A DNA stretch of 64,000 nt from Eledone cirrhosa. Taxonomy: Eukaryota. Both the position numbers and the translations under genes were made by a program. Under the pieces are notes generated by a model. The model searched no databases, was not told the origin of the DNA, and worked only from the letters and a program-made list of their open reading frames with translations. Location of the stretch: the NCBI GenBank assembly GCA_964016885.1, contig OZ024756.1, forward strand, positions 25,978,001 through 26,042,000, read 5' to 3'. This document shows positions 49,679-62,905 of the stretch, piece after piece; within the stretch, counting starts at the first letter, position 1, and every line of letters starts with the position of its first letter.

Positions 49679-49913
49679 CAAAATGTTTTATAAATATTTG
49701 ACTTGACCAAGGATAATATACCTTAATGGTTCAAGTTATCCCTGGAAAGTCTTTTATTTAATATCAATTATATATATATATATATATGTAGGAGGTGACT
49801 TTTATTGTAGCACAATAAAGCAATGCAAATATCGGATAATTAGCACTCTACAGTATGTTGATTTAAAACTTCACTATTCACAAGTGTTTTTTAAGCTTCA
49901 TATCATGTATCCC

Positions 49914-49984
49914 TATTTTATCTGATGAAAAAGCAGATATCATCCCATGATGATATTTGTTTTTGAAATGCGCATAATAAAATA
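49914..49984 (+). ncRNA. Minimal type I hammerhead ribozyme motif
   Basis: tattttat-CTGATGA-16-bp stem II-GAAA-TGCGCA-T-A-ataaaata; stem III palindrome ATGCGCAT; 8-bp stem I. Confidence 0.8.
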
Positions 49985-50015
49985 CCTTGGAACTCTTTTA
50001 ACCATCTTTTGATCT

Positions 50016-50094
<79 letters not shown>

Positions 50095-50850
50095 AAGGAA
50101 CTGAAACTAAAACATGGTAAAGCTTGCCTTAACACATAAACACATATTTGAACCAGTGTATACACACACACATCTATCTATATCTGCATGTAGGTGACAA
50201 CCGAGAGAAAAGAGTACTCAATACTGAAGTAGAGTTTAAATGTTCATTTTATTAAGGCTTACTCTGGAGATTCACTTGATTTTCACAGGGTCATCAGACA
50301 AGTTTTTGTCTGATCCCCCTGTGAGAAGCAGGTGAAATTCTAGAGTAACAAGACTCACTATTTAGTTTCTCTCTCTCTCTCTCTGTCATCATCATCATCA
50401 TCATCATCACCGTTTTACGTCCGTTCTTCCACGCTAGCATGGGTTAGACGGGTTGTCCTGTTGTGGGCAGCGTCTGGTCAGCTGACCTTGTCTTGCTCAT
50501 ACAGGAACTGCTTCTGGCTTGATTTCTACAGCCGGTTGCCCTTCCTAACACCAACCTCATTTACAGTGAGTGCTGGGTGCTTTTTTTCCGTGGCGCCTAC
50601 ACGTCCACTTTACAGTGGGAGGGTGTGGGGGCATATTGTCTATATGCTTCAGCTTCGGCTTGTACCCATGTGTATATATATATATATACATATACATACA
50701 CATATATGTGTTAAGTATTTCTGTGGAAAAGGTAAAGGTATATACGTGTGTGTGTTTGTATGTAAAAGTAATAACAAAAATAACAAAACAAATGGCACAG
50801 TACATGGAAGAAATATATTAGTTTAATGCTTGAAATAGCAGGAAGAGAGT

Positions 50851-50884
50851 CTTAACGTTTCGGACACTAGTCCTTCATCAGAAG
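50851..50884 (-). ncRNA. Minimal hammerhead ribozyme motif
   Basis: ctt-CTGATGA-A-GGAC tagt GTCC-GAAA-CGT-T-aag on the minus strand; palindromic ACGT stem III. Confidence 0.7.
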
Positions 50885-52132
50885 GCAGAGTTAGAAATAG
50901 AAGATAAATAGAAAGTAAAGAGTGATGTGAGGAAGGAACGGGCAATCCACAAGTGAGTACACACACAACAACTGAATCAAGACCACCATCTTATCTTAGC
51001 ACCAGGCTTGCTATAATTCTAATCGCTATATTTGGTAACAAAAACTGCTATGATTATAACTCCTATATCATCATCACCGTTTTACATTCATTCTTCCATG
51101 CTAGCAGAGATTAGATGAGTTGTCCTGTTGTGAGCAATGCCAAGTCAGGTGGCTATGTCTTGCTCATACAGGAACTGATTCTGGCTTGATTTCTACAGCT
51201 GGATGTCCTTCCTAACACCAACCTAATTTACAGTGAGTACTGGGTGCTTTTTATCATGACACCTACATGACCACTTTACAGTGTGTGAGGATGGAGGCAT
51301 TCTGTCTATATGCTTCAGCTTTGGCTTGTACCCATGGGAAGTTGTGTTTTCTGTATTACTACTTAATGCCAGAGTTCTCGGTCCTGTGTGTGTATATATA
51401 TATATATATACATATTTATAGTAAGAGGTTAACCGAACAGGGTGAAGTAGATAAAAGGAAGCGCTCAGTGACCTGTATAAATAGTGCAAGCCGAAGCATT
51501 ACACATCAATAAAGGATCTGAGGCCATATTCAGTTGAGTCAGGTTTATTTAAAATCCATTATATAAATTTCGCCGAGGACTATCAGTTATGATAGCTTGA
51601 GCTCTTCAAATGGCAAAACCTACAAAACAAAAGTTCATAAAAAACCTTTGAATCCAATAATTTCTTCAAGAAAGGTTTTCTTTTCTTGATACAGGGAGCC
51701 GACCGGACGTATGATGTTAATTCCTCACTAGCCGGCCCCATGGCCTTCGATTTTAATATTGATATATATCTATCAGTAAAAAAAATCCAAGGCCTTGTAG
51801 AATCAACATCATACGTCAGGTTGGTCGTCTGTTGTGCATACATGTTAAGTGTATGACATTTTGATTATACTACACAAACACATATGTTAGTTAGGTGTGT
51901 AACTACAGCTACAGGTGGTGTGCCGTTTGAAGCACTCAATGATGTTATGAGATCCATCTCATGTGGATTGTATTCTAGAGTTAAGACAGCTGTAGTGTGC
52001 AGACAGTAGATAGATTAAGTAGAATCAAAGTTAGTGTTGCAGCAGATGTACAAACTTTATTAGCATATTACGATTGTTTCGATATCGATCAGCTCAGGGT
52101 ACAATCATTAAGATGTATGTATATATATATAT

Positions 52133-52166
<34 letters not shown>

Positions 52167-53850
52167 CCTGGAAGATAGACGTTAAATGATAATGATGATA
52201 TATGTATATATAAATATATATATGGAAAGATTCAGGACCCCGACGGCTGAGCTCCGGCCGTTTCGACAGCTAGATCCGAACTCACATATATATAGAGAGA
52301 GAGTTAAGGCGGCTGTGGTGTGCAGAGTGTAAATGAAGTAAGTAGAATCGAAGTCAGTGTTGTAGCATATATACAAACGTTATTAAAATGACGGGGCCAG
52401 ACACTTCGACATCTCCTCAGATATGCGAGTTAATATACATATTAATAACTCGAGAGCAAAGGGATTCGTGTTTAACTCCTACCCTCCAATCACTAGCTAT
52501 TGCTTCACAGCTATAATAAAATAAACTATACACCATTCTACCCATCTCTTGATTTTTGATTCTCCTGTTCGTACAGCCAAACATATGTAGCGAAAGAAAT
52601 GTTTTCCCACAGTGTTTTCTTTTCCCTTACAGACACGGTCACCAAGTCAGTGACCTGCGACCTCGCAGAGAAAACATAAATTTTCCCTGATGGTAGGATT
52701 TACGGCAGCAGTCCTAGGAAGGAGAACATATTCTAATGTTCTAAGGCCATCTCAGTAAAATAACTAGGGGTCATTATAAATAGGCTATCCTGTGGTCCTA
52801 ACTCACCCAGTCATCTGTCTCTTCTCCTAGTCAACACAGCCTGGATATATAACTTACTACTATGCACTGTCAACTGCAACTTGTCACGTTTCTTTTAAGG
52901 AAAAAACACTTGGTAAATAAAAGATTCATGCACAACACTGAGGCCTTTACTGAACACTATAATCATTTGTGAACACTATAATCAAACATTCACTGGGTAA
53001 TTGCTGGCCTTGTGCCAAAAGTAGAAACAATTATGTTTACAATTCGAAGTAATCATATTTTTTTCTGAAGTGAAAATATATTTAACCAAAATTGTTGGTA
53101 TTTGTCGTGTTCATCATTTTTTACACAAGTAAAACTTCGCTTCCTATATACATACCCACGTGTATGTGTGTACATGTATGTCAATGCAGCTTAATAAGTT
53201 TGCTTTGCAACCATTCGGTCCTGGTTTCGCTCCTACTGCGCGTCATCAGAAGCTAGTGTCATTTAATATAGCTTTAAGTCGACCCATGCTTTGTAAGTGA
53301 AATGGTATAGCCGGAAACTGTTAGGAAGTCCGTTAGGTGAACTATTGCACCTGTAATTCAAAGGGCCAGCCGTATCATATTCTGTGCCACGTTGAATCTC
53401 TGAAAATTACGCTAAAGGCACACATGTCTGTAGAAGGTTCAGTCACACATTTCATGAGCGGTCTGTTCCGTTGATCAAAACGGAACACCCAATGTTGAAA
53501 CCAACAGAAGTCCATTCTTTCCCCTATGTCGAGAAATATATATATATATGTGTGTGTGTGTTAGGATCGAGGGCACAGTTAGGGCAACGAAGAGACCCAA
53601 TCACTGCAGAAGCAGCAGTTGTTGGGTCTCCAGCTAGACTGAAAGCCAATCAATCCGCTCTCACTAGTAGCAGCGATAATTAAGTTTCACTACTCCCACA
53701 TACACACACACACACACACACATATATACAACGTATGCAAGCGTTGATACTGCCACATATCCACAACAGTGTAAGTGTTACAGCTACATATTCACATAAC
53801 ATATGCAAGTGTCATTACTGTCACATATATATACATACGCGCGCACACAT

Positions 53851-53926
<76 letters not shown>

Positions 53927-56090
53927 ATATCTGTGTATGTATATATGTGGCAGTAATATATATATATACAATACATGCAAGGCGCTCGGTGATTGAATAG
54001 ATGATGGCGGTCTTACTGACTGCTGGTTGAGTAGTTTTACTAAGCTTATGTCTGAGAAAGTAAAGGATAGCTGAGGGAGAGGGAAAAAGCGAGTAGCTAA
54101 GAAAAAGAGAGAGAGAGTGAGCGGTAGGGATAGACAGAGACAAAGGGTAAAAGTGATTGCGACAGAAAGAGAAAGAGAGAGATGGTTTAATAGAAACTGT
54201 GAAACGGTTGTGATCAGAACAACCACCTGGCATTCGTCACGGCTACAACTCTTGTCTCATGTGTGGCTTTAACGTCAGAAGCATCTTCAATAACTCCAGT
54301 CGATAATAATAACAACAAACCAGCACCATCATCATCAACAACAATGATTTCAATACTTCGGATTTTTATCACTGGCATTGTTGATGGTGAGGGCGCTTCG
54401 TTTTATTTTTAACCCTTTCACAACGACTCTATTCCCGTCAAATATTGTATAAATATATATATATATTCATATATATCTATGTATATATACGCACACACAC
54501 AAATATGTATGTATGCAAACACATAAACAATTGTATATACATTCTTTAAAATGACTAATAACGAAGAATTTACATCCTTTCTATAATAAGCTTTCTGGGT
54601 TGAAATTTAATGTATTTTTAAAACCAATACCTCAGATATACTTTTTAAACGGATCTTTGACATGCTTTGTTCCTTTTAATTCTTTTTCTTGTAGTTTTGT
54701 TTATATTTTCCTCTCCATACGCTTAAAACTGTTCAATTCTTTAGAGTAAAATAGCTTTATAGCAGCCTGACTGCTTATTTTCGCTTATCTCACGTAGTCT
54801 TTCACTGGTTCCATTCATTAAACTGTAGTCGCATGTATATTTATCTGAGTCGAATCTGTTTACCAACAGCCTCCCTACCTCTATTGCACACTTACAGAAA
54901 ATCTACAGTTTGTTCTCTTCCACATTTTTCCTCTGGTTTGTTAGAATTTGTCTTACTGTTGTTTAATTATTACTATTATTACCATCATCATCACTAGCAA
55001 TTTCTTTCTCTCCCTCTATATATATATATATACAAACACACCCTTTTGTTTATTATGTAGAATTTAGTTGCAATATAATTTCTCTTTTTACAGTGGTTGA
55101 CTAAATGTTTGATAATTGACTTACACAAGATCTTTATTTACTAATTAATATTATATATATATCTAGTTATCACAGACACATGGTTGTTTTACACATTTTT
55201 ATGATACTGTAGACCTCTCCAAGACAATTTTAATTCCCGTTTAAACAACAGTTTGCTGGTAAAACTGTGATGGAACCAATAATACTTTTTTGCGAAGGAT
55301 CTATTTTTAAATTGACGATTTCTCCTCAAAATTCTCGAATATCAATCAAATCTGAAAAATAAGTCTCTTGCGCCAAGCACCTAAACATTGGTACCTCGTC
55401 ACCCATTCTTCCCAATGAGGGGCGAAAAGAACTTGGTGTTTCGTTTTTACATTTAAAGGTTATATGTGTGTGGGTATCGTTAACTATTCCTTGTTATTCT
55501 AATTTCTATTTTTTCATAACTGATATCTCACCAGAAAACCGGTTGTTAAACAGTTACTGTTTCAAAAGTTTTAAAAAGATATGTCTTCCATCATCACGAA
55601 ACCCTTTATCATTTAAATCAAAAATATTTCATGTTCTGTGATAGTCTTACACAGTAATTCCTCGTCATTTTAGTCAGCTAGCTGGACAGAAGAAGCCAAT
55701 TAAAATACAATAACCGAAATGTATATGAATTTGAAAAGATCGAATTTCAATAATTCTTAACACATGCCACTTTATACATACAAGGTGTTTTCGGCAGAAG
55801 CCCAAATGTTTATTTATAGTGTATAACTTCTAAATATTTGACATACTTACGACACATTCTATAGGGGTTTTATATATACAAGGAGTGTTTGTTTATATCG
55901 TGTGTGCGTACATTTCAGATACGAGTATATATATATATATACAACCAACCTACTAATGAGCCTTTAAGTTTCGCGAAAAACTCCTAACTAAACAAAAATT
56001 TCGCACACCCCAGCGGTGTATCTGCTCTCTGTACTTGGCTATCATATATAGTTCCCTGGGTTACAGCTGTTTGGCCGTGGTGGGAGCTAG

Positions 56091-56197
56091 ATGGCTGAAG
56101 TGACCAGTCCCTTTTCACCCAACAGAAGCCACGGACACGAATCTGTGGGTAAGCGCTGCTCAGACCGGCTCCAGCAATCTGGATTTGAAGGATTCAC
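56091..56197 (+). CDS. Candidate first coding exon of an unidentified gene
   Basis: ATG-initiated stop-free GC-rich segment MAEVTSPFSPNRSHGHESVGKRCSDRLQQSGFEGF ending at a consensus gtaagt donor; no homolog recognised. Confidence 0.35.
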
Positions 56198-56429
56198 GTA
56201 AGTATTTGTTGATTTCTGTCAAAAACGTTTGTTCAACATAACCAAACTCACACCACACGTACATTATTGCACTGCAAACATTAAATATGTTTATATTTCA
56301 AATATATTTATATATATGTACATGTGTTTTTTTTGTATGATACCTGTTTTGTAAGGCATACATCTATTGATACCTCTTTCCTCTAGCGAGATTTAATCCC
56401 GGATCCATCAAGCAACACTATGATCTTTA

Positions 56430-56990
56430 TAAGTCTACGAATGTCGTTGTGGCAGGCTCCTTGACTCTACGGGTCTTCATGGATTGTCTTGTCCTTATCC
56501 ATGTCGCTCCCTCATCATACCGAGCTGAACCTAATTATTAAGCAGTGCCCTGGGTTGAGTCAATATCTCTGCAATTCTGGGAGCTAGTCCAGAGTTGATG
56601 GGAAAAGACCAGATAGTCATATCGTTTCTTTGCCCCTGGGTAAGAGGTAGATGTCTAATTTAGGATGTTACATTCAGTGACTCGTTTGCTCCTTCCCATA
56701 TCCTGGAGGCTAAAGCAAAGATAAAGGTCGCTGCCTCCGTAACTGAACGGAATAAAATTCTAAAATACCAGGAATTATCTACAAACTGCTTTTTTTTAGT
56801 CTGTGTCGTTCGAGGCGTTTGGAGGAGTAGGGATGCCAACAACTAAGTTCTTGTCATTGTTGGCGGCACGCCTTACCGAGATATTAGGTGATGCTCCTAG
56901 TGAGGGTATTTGGTTATTCCAATGTCTTAGCCTCGCCATCAGCCGTGGCAAGGTTGCGAGTGTGTTAGCTTGCCTAAAAAATTATTAGAA
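56430..56990 (+). mobile_element. CRE-clade (restriction-like endonuclease) non-LTR retrotransposon 3' fragment
   Basis: YECRCGRLLDSTGLHGLSC zinc knuckle, DGKRPD, WVRGRCLI*DVTFSDSFAPSH, KILKYQEL, WLFQCLSLAISRGKVASVL; contains stops and frameshifts. Confidence 0.75.
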
Positions 56991-59527
56991 GGAAACTCTA
57001 GCAATCCTTGTGGTGTGCGATTGAATGTACGGGGTTTTTCTCACTCTTTTTAAAATATAAATTGTGTTTATTCGTATACATTCTATTGAAATATTGATTT
57101 AAAAAAAAAAAATTTTTTTTATACGGAAAAAAAAAAGTGTTTATAATTAAGTTGACGCATTGGTCACAAACGCATTTGTTTTGGCTCTTCAAATCACCCC
57201 TAGGTCACATTTGCCTCTTGGTGGGTGGGAGCGTTAAATAACGTACAAGCCTTGTCAATTTGTGTCACGCTGACTCTGGCTGTGGTTTCCGTTGAGGGTA
57301 CACGTATCTGTTAGAACATTCAGCCACTTAGAACTAACTGATTACTTTACTCCTCGTTGAGACTGATGGATAATCTGTCATTACACACACACACGTGTAT
57401 GTGTTATACATGTGTCAGTGAGATTATAACATGTATTTGTCAGACGTTCAATTACCAGTTTGCGAGTTCGAATTTGGGACAGATATTTTGCTGCTGTTCT
57501 TATTCATTTGCCCCCAGGTCAACCCCAACCCGCCTATCACATGCCAGGCGCGACCATCTCTTCTTTTAAATAAATCTAGAATATTATCCAAATGTCTTTT
57601 TTTTTTATAAGACAGTTGGTTGTGATTAAGCAAGATTTGGCTGTTATTTCTAGCACGTCGCGACTATGTAATAATTGTTTCTATCATAGGCACAAGACCA
57701 GCAATTTGATGGAGGGGAAAGTCGATTTATTTTATCAATTACGGAAGTGTGAAAGACATTTGGCTGGTATTTTATTTAGTCAAATACCTATGATGATGAT
57801 GATAATGGTTTCTGATTTAGGCACAAGGCCAACAATTTTGGGAGGAGGGGAAAATTGATTAAATCGACCTAAGTGCATTACTGGTACTTTATTTTGCCGA
57901 CCCTGTAAGGATGAAAGACGAAGCTAACCGTGGCAAGATTTGAACTCAGAATATATAACTATATGCTGCAAAGCATGTTATCCGTCATTCTACTGATACT
58001 GCCAATACAAAACATTTATATGCCACCATAAATCCAACAAGAGGAAAGAAATATCCATAGTTGACATCACCGTCCATTCATTTCTACATATAACTCTTAG
58101 AATATAGAAGGTAGTTCACTGATGGTATTGTCTGAAGACATAAGTCTTCAGATTTGATCTGAAAGCAGACACAGATACTACAGCATTGTCGATTGAATGG
58201 AAACAATATAGAGTTTGAGAGAAATCTTGTCTGAACCTCACTAGTACTGATGCCATGATAATATGCATTCAGTACATCCTGTAAAGTACTAGTGTTGGTG
58301 TCTTCAAAAAGTGCACCAAGAACAACCTGTACAGTGGTAGTGTTGACACCATAAAAAACATACCCAGTACCCTCTCTAGATTGGTTGGCTTTAGGAAGGG
58401 CATCTATCTATAGAAAGATGCCAAATATGGGATGTATGAGTATGAGTGTGTGTGTGTATATATATATATATATCAAATAATTGTTTCTACTTTTGGCACA
58501 AGGCCAGCAATTATTCCACCGTATTACTGGTACTTTATTTTATCGACCCCGTAAGGATGAAAGGCAAAGTTAACCTCGGCGAGATATATCAAATAATTGT
58601 TTCTTCTTTAGGTACAAGGCCAGTAATTACCTAGTACATTACTGGTACTTTATTTTATCGACCCAAGGCAAAGTCAACCTCGGCGGGATTTGAACTCAGA
58701 ATGTAACGGGACGTAACTATGCTAGAAAGCATGGCGTCCAACCCTCTACCGATACTGCCAATTCACAAATAATGGTAGTTAAGATGGGATTAAATCACTA
58801 TAATTCTTTATTGCATTATATATATTTTTGTTACATGGTTATTCATGTGACTTCATCAGATGTTTATGCAATCATTGTGATATGCCGGTGGCCCTGCAGT
58901 AGTGAAGTAGTTCTGCATATGGATCTTCTGTTTGTTAAGTTCTATAGTTTTCTGATTGGTTAATTTTCTAATTTTTGACTGACCTATCACTAATCTTAGC
59001 TTGTGGTCCATTAGTTTATCTTCATCCTTTAGTTATTTTGTTTTTGTCTAATCTCTATATCTTTATAAGAAAACATAAAGTCATGATAAAACCACTTTGT
59101 GCTAAATTTGACAAGGAACTAGTAATTTGATATCTTTCTCATGTTGACAAAATATTCAGTGGTCAGGCAGTAGCTATCTTAGCTACCAACCTATGTATCT
59201 AATTATCTTTGGACAATAAATACAACCTCTCTAATTATCTATCTATTCGTCTGTCTGTCTATCTATCTAGAATGGCTCGTGTAAATGGGCCTTCTCTGTA
59301 TACCATCCTGTAGGTAAAGAAGTAAAGGAGAGGGGAGCACCTTCTCCATGTGCTCCCCGGGCAAAAGATTGCACACTTTTTCGGGGGTGTGTGCAACCCC
59401 CATCACGTCCCCTCCCTTTTGAGGTTATTTTCGATTATTTTCATGTTACACCCTTTTTACTCGATTATATGTAAACTCCCCCTTTGTATTTGTCCCTTCT
59501 TTTTATGCCTTTATGGTAAATAAAGAA

Positions 59528-59577
<50 letters not shown>

Positions 59578-60130
59578 GCATATCCCTATCTTCTTGTCTA
59601 TATCTATCTATCTATCTATCATCTGTCTAACTCTATAGTTATCTATTATACATATTTGCCAATGTATCTATCTACATACAAGTTTGAAGTCAGTTAGACC
59701 ATAGATACATAGGTATATATCATTACTGCCCCCCCCCCCCCCCCTCTATCATATATAAATATATATATATATATACGGGGTAACAAATTATTGTTATAGG
59801 TAGTCCACTTAGTTTTACACGCTAAAATCGTAGACATACTATACTTCCCACCTAGATTGATGTGATTATTTCAAATAATTTATTGCTAGCATTGTTGATA
59901 TTGTTGTTATTGTTCTGACTGAATGCCATTACTACTACATATAGTAGCCATGCCTGTATATTATTTTCATTCTCACAAGCTCCGACGAACTGACTGGTTA
60001 TAACTTTGTATTGGCGATCGAGTAACGTGAAAATAAGCGGGAAGCGATCTCTAGACCTACCAGTTCAGAGAAACAATTGTCAGATTAAAAACCTTTTTTG
60101 TATAGCAAACCGTGTCACTCTTCTTTCCTG

Positions 60131-60179
<49 letters not shown>

Positions 60180-60224
60180 AGCATCTAACCCTTGCTAGGC
60201 TAAGCAGACGTTAGAACGATGATG

Positions 60225-60268
<44 letters not shown>

Positions 60269-60317
60269 CACAGAAAAAAAAAAAGAGAATCAGTGTTGCG
60301 ACGAATGGAATTTATTG

Positions 60318-60413
60318 GACATATTACAATCATTTCTCTGGCAACCAGCTCGAGGCACGATCGGTGTGATGATCGAACCTGACTCTGAAAATCGCAAGGT
60401 CCTCAGATACGTC
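60318..60413 (-). ncRNA. Hammerhead ribozyme motif with extended stem II
   Basis: gacgtat-CTGAGGA-..-GAAA-TGATTG-T-A-atatgtc (7-bp stem I). Confidence 0.55.
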
Positions 60414-60793
60414 TTGATTCTACGAAGCAGATTTTCCTATATCCTTGACATAGCGTGGAAGATAGATGTTAAACGATGATGATGCGGATATATATATATC
60501 ATCATCATCACTGTTTTACGTCCGTTCTTCCACGCTAGCATGGGTTAGATGGGTTGTCCTGCCGTGGGCAGTGTCTGGTCGGCTGACCTTGTCTTGCTCA
60601 TACGGGAACTGATTCTGGCTTGATTTCTACAGCTGAGTAAACTGGAGCAATGTGAAATAAAGTGTCTTGCTCAAGGAAACAACACACCACCCGGTCCGAG
60701 AATTGAACTCACAACCTTTCTATTGCAAGCCCAATGCTCTAACCACTAACACCTTCATATATATATATATATATATGAAGGTGTTAGTCTGTG

Positions 60794-60825
<32 letters not shown>

Positions 60826-60904
60826 TATATTTTATATACTGTATTTTTTATATACTGTATTTTTTATAATTCATTTTTGTTCATTTCATTTCATTTTCAT
60901 TTCA

Positions 60905-61228
60905 TTTTACGTCCACTTTTTCCCTGCTTGCAAGGGTGGGACGGGAACTGATTCTGGCTTGATTTCTACAGCTGGATGCCCTTCCTAACACCAACCTCAT
61001 TTACAGTGAGTGCTGGGTGCTTTTTTGCCGTGGCACCTTCACGACCACTTTGCAGTGGAATGATAGGGAACTCAGTCCTATCATCTCATTTCTACAGCTG
61101 AGTAAACTGGAGCAATGTGAAATAAAGTGTCTTGCTCAAGGAAACAACACATCACCCGGTCTGAGAATTGAACTCACAACCTTTCGATTGCAAGCCCAAT
61201 GCTGTAACCACTAAGCCATGTGCCTCCA
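60905..61228 (-). mobile_element. SINE family B, full length, inverted
   Basis: Reverse complement of 62009-62340. Partial or related copies at ~40310, 46070, 47290, 50390, 51065, 60500. Confidence 0.85.
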
Positions 61229-61709
61229 TTTATAATATATAATATAATGAAATTATTGTGTACAGTGCTCAGGTGCACTACAACTCATCAAAGGTGCATG
61301 TATAGTACATAGAATAATATACAAATGTCAGGGAAGTGAATAGTGTGTGCGTGTGTATGGAGGGAGAATATTAGGTGTAGTGTTGGCGAATCTCAGGAGG
61401 CATGGAGGTTATTTAACACTCAACTTTCATTATATTTTTTTTAAACACTTTATAAATTTTTTTAAACATTTTATAGATTTGTATATTCTGACTTCCATAT
61501 CTACTGTAACCTGATCTTCTCCACCATCACACTTAGCTGGTTTTGGCCAGTGTATATTCACACATGACCTATGTCCCTCACCTGGGTTACTATAGTCGCA
61601 GGATATATGTCACCACCTTACTAGCCACATACCCATTTTGGTTGAGCCTATCAAACCCACAATGTTTGGCATTGAAGAGCTGTGGCAAAAATAATACCTA
61701 TGTTGTGGA

Positions 61710-62665
61710 CCAATATATATGTGCGTATATAGGTGTATATATATGTGTGTGTGTGTGTGTGTGTATATGTGTATGTGTGTGTGTGTGTGTGTATGTGTGT
61801 GTATATATGTGTGTGTGTATATATATATGTGTGTGTGTATATATATGTGTGTGTGTGTATATATATGTGTGTATATATATATGTATGCGTGTATATATAT
61901 ATATATGTATGCGTGTATATATATGTGTGTGTGTGTATATATATATGTGTGTGTGTATATATGTGTGTGTGTGTGTGTATATATATGTGTGTGTATATAT
62001 AATTGTGTGGAGGCACATGGCTTAGTGGTTAGAGCATTGGCCTTACAATCGAAAGGTTGTGAGTTCAATTCTCAGACCGGGTGATGTGTTGTTTCCTTGA
62101 GCAAGACACTTTATTTCACATTGCTCCAGTTTACTCAGCTGTAGAAATGAGATGGTAGGGACTGGGGTCCCTATCATTCCACTGCAAAGTGGTCGTGGAG
62201 GTGCCACGGCAAAAAAAGCACCCAGCACTCACTGTAAATGAGGTTGGTGTTAGGAAGGGCATCCAGCTGTAGAAATCAAGCCAGAATCAGTTCCCGTCCA
62301 ACCCTTGCAAGCAGGGAAAAGGGGACGTAAAAATGATGATGATGATGATGATGATGTGTATATATATATATGTAAATGTGTGTGTGTGTATATATATATA
62401 TAAATGTGTGTGTGTGTATATATATATGTAAATGTGTGTGTGTATATATATATGTAAATGTGTGTGTGTATATATATATGTAAATGTGTGTGTGTATATA
62501 TATATGTAAATGTGTGTGTGTATATATATATATAAATGTGTGTGTGTGTATATATATATAAATGTGTGTGTGTATATATATATATAAATGTGTGTGTGTA
62601 TATATATATATAAATGTGTGTGTGTATATATATATATAAATGTGTGTGTGTATATATATATATAA

Positions 62666-62705
<40 letters not shown>

Positions 62706-62905
62706 GTGTGTGTGTATATATATATATATAAATTGTGTGTATATATATTTATATGTGTGTGTGTGTATATATGTGTGTGTGTATATATATTTATATGTGT
62801 GTGTGTGTATATATGTGTGTGTGTATATATATTTATATGTGTGTGTATATATATATATATATATATGCCTGTGTATGTATATATATATATGTGTGTGTAT
62901 ATATG
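61710..62905. repeat. Compound (TG)n/(TA)n microsatellites flanking a SINE
   Basis: Long TG/TA arrays; source of the spurious His/Thr/Ile/Tyr ORFs. Confidence 0.95.
62009..62355 (+). mobile_element. SINE family B, full length
   Basis: Near-identical to 17521-17870. Confidence 0.85.
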
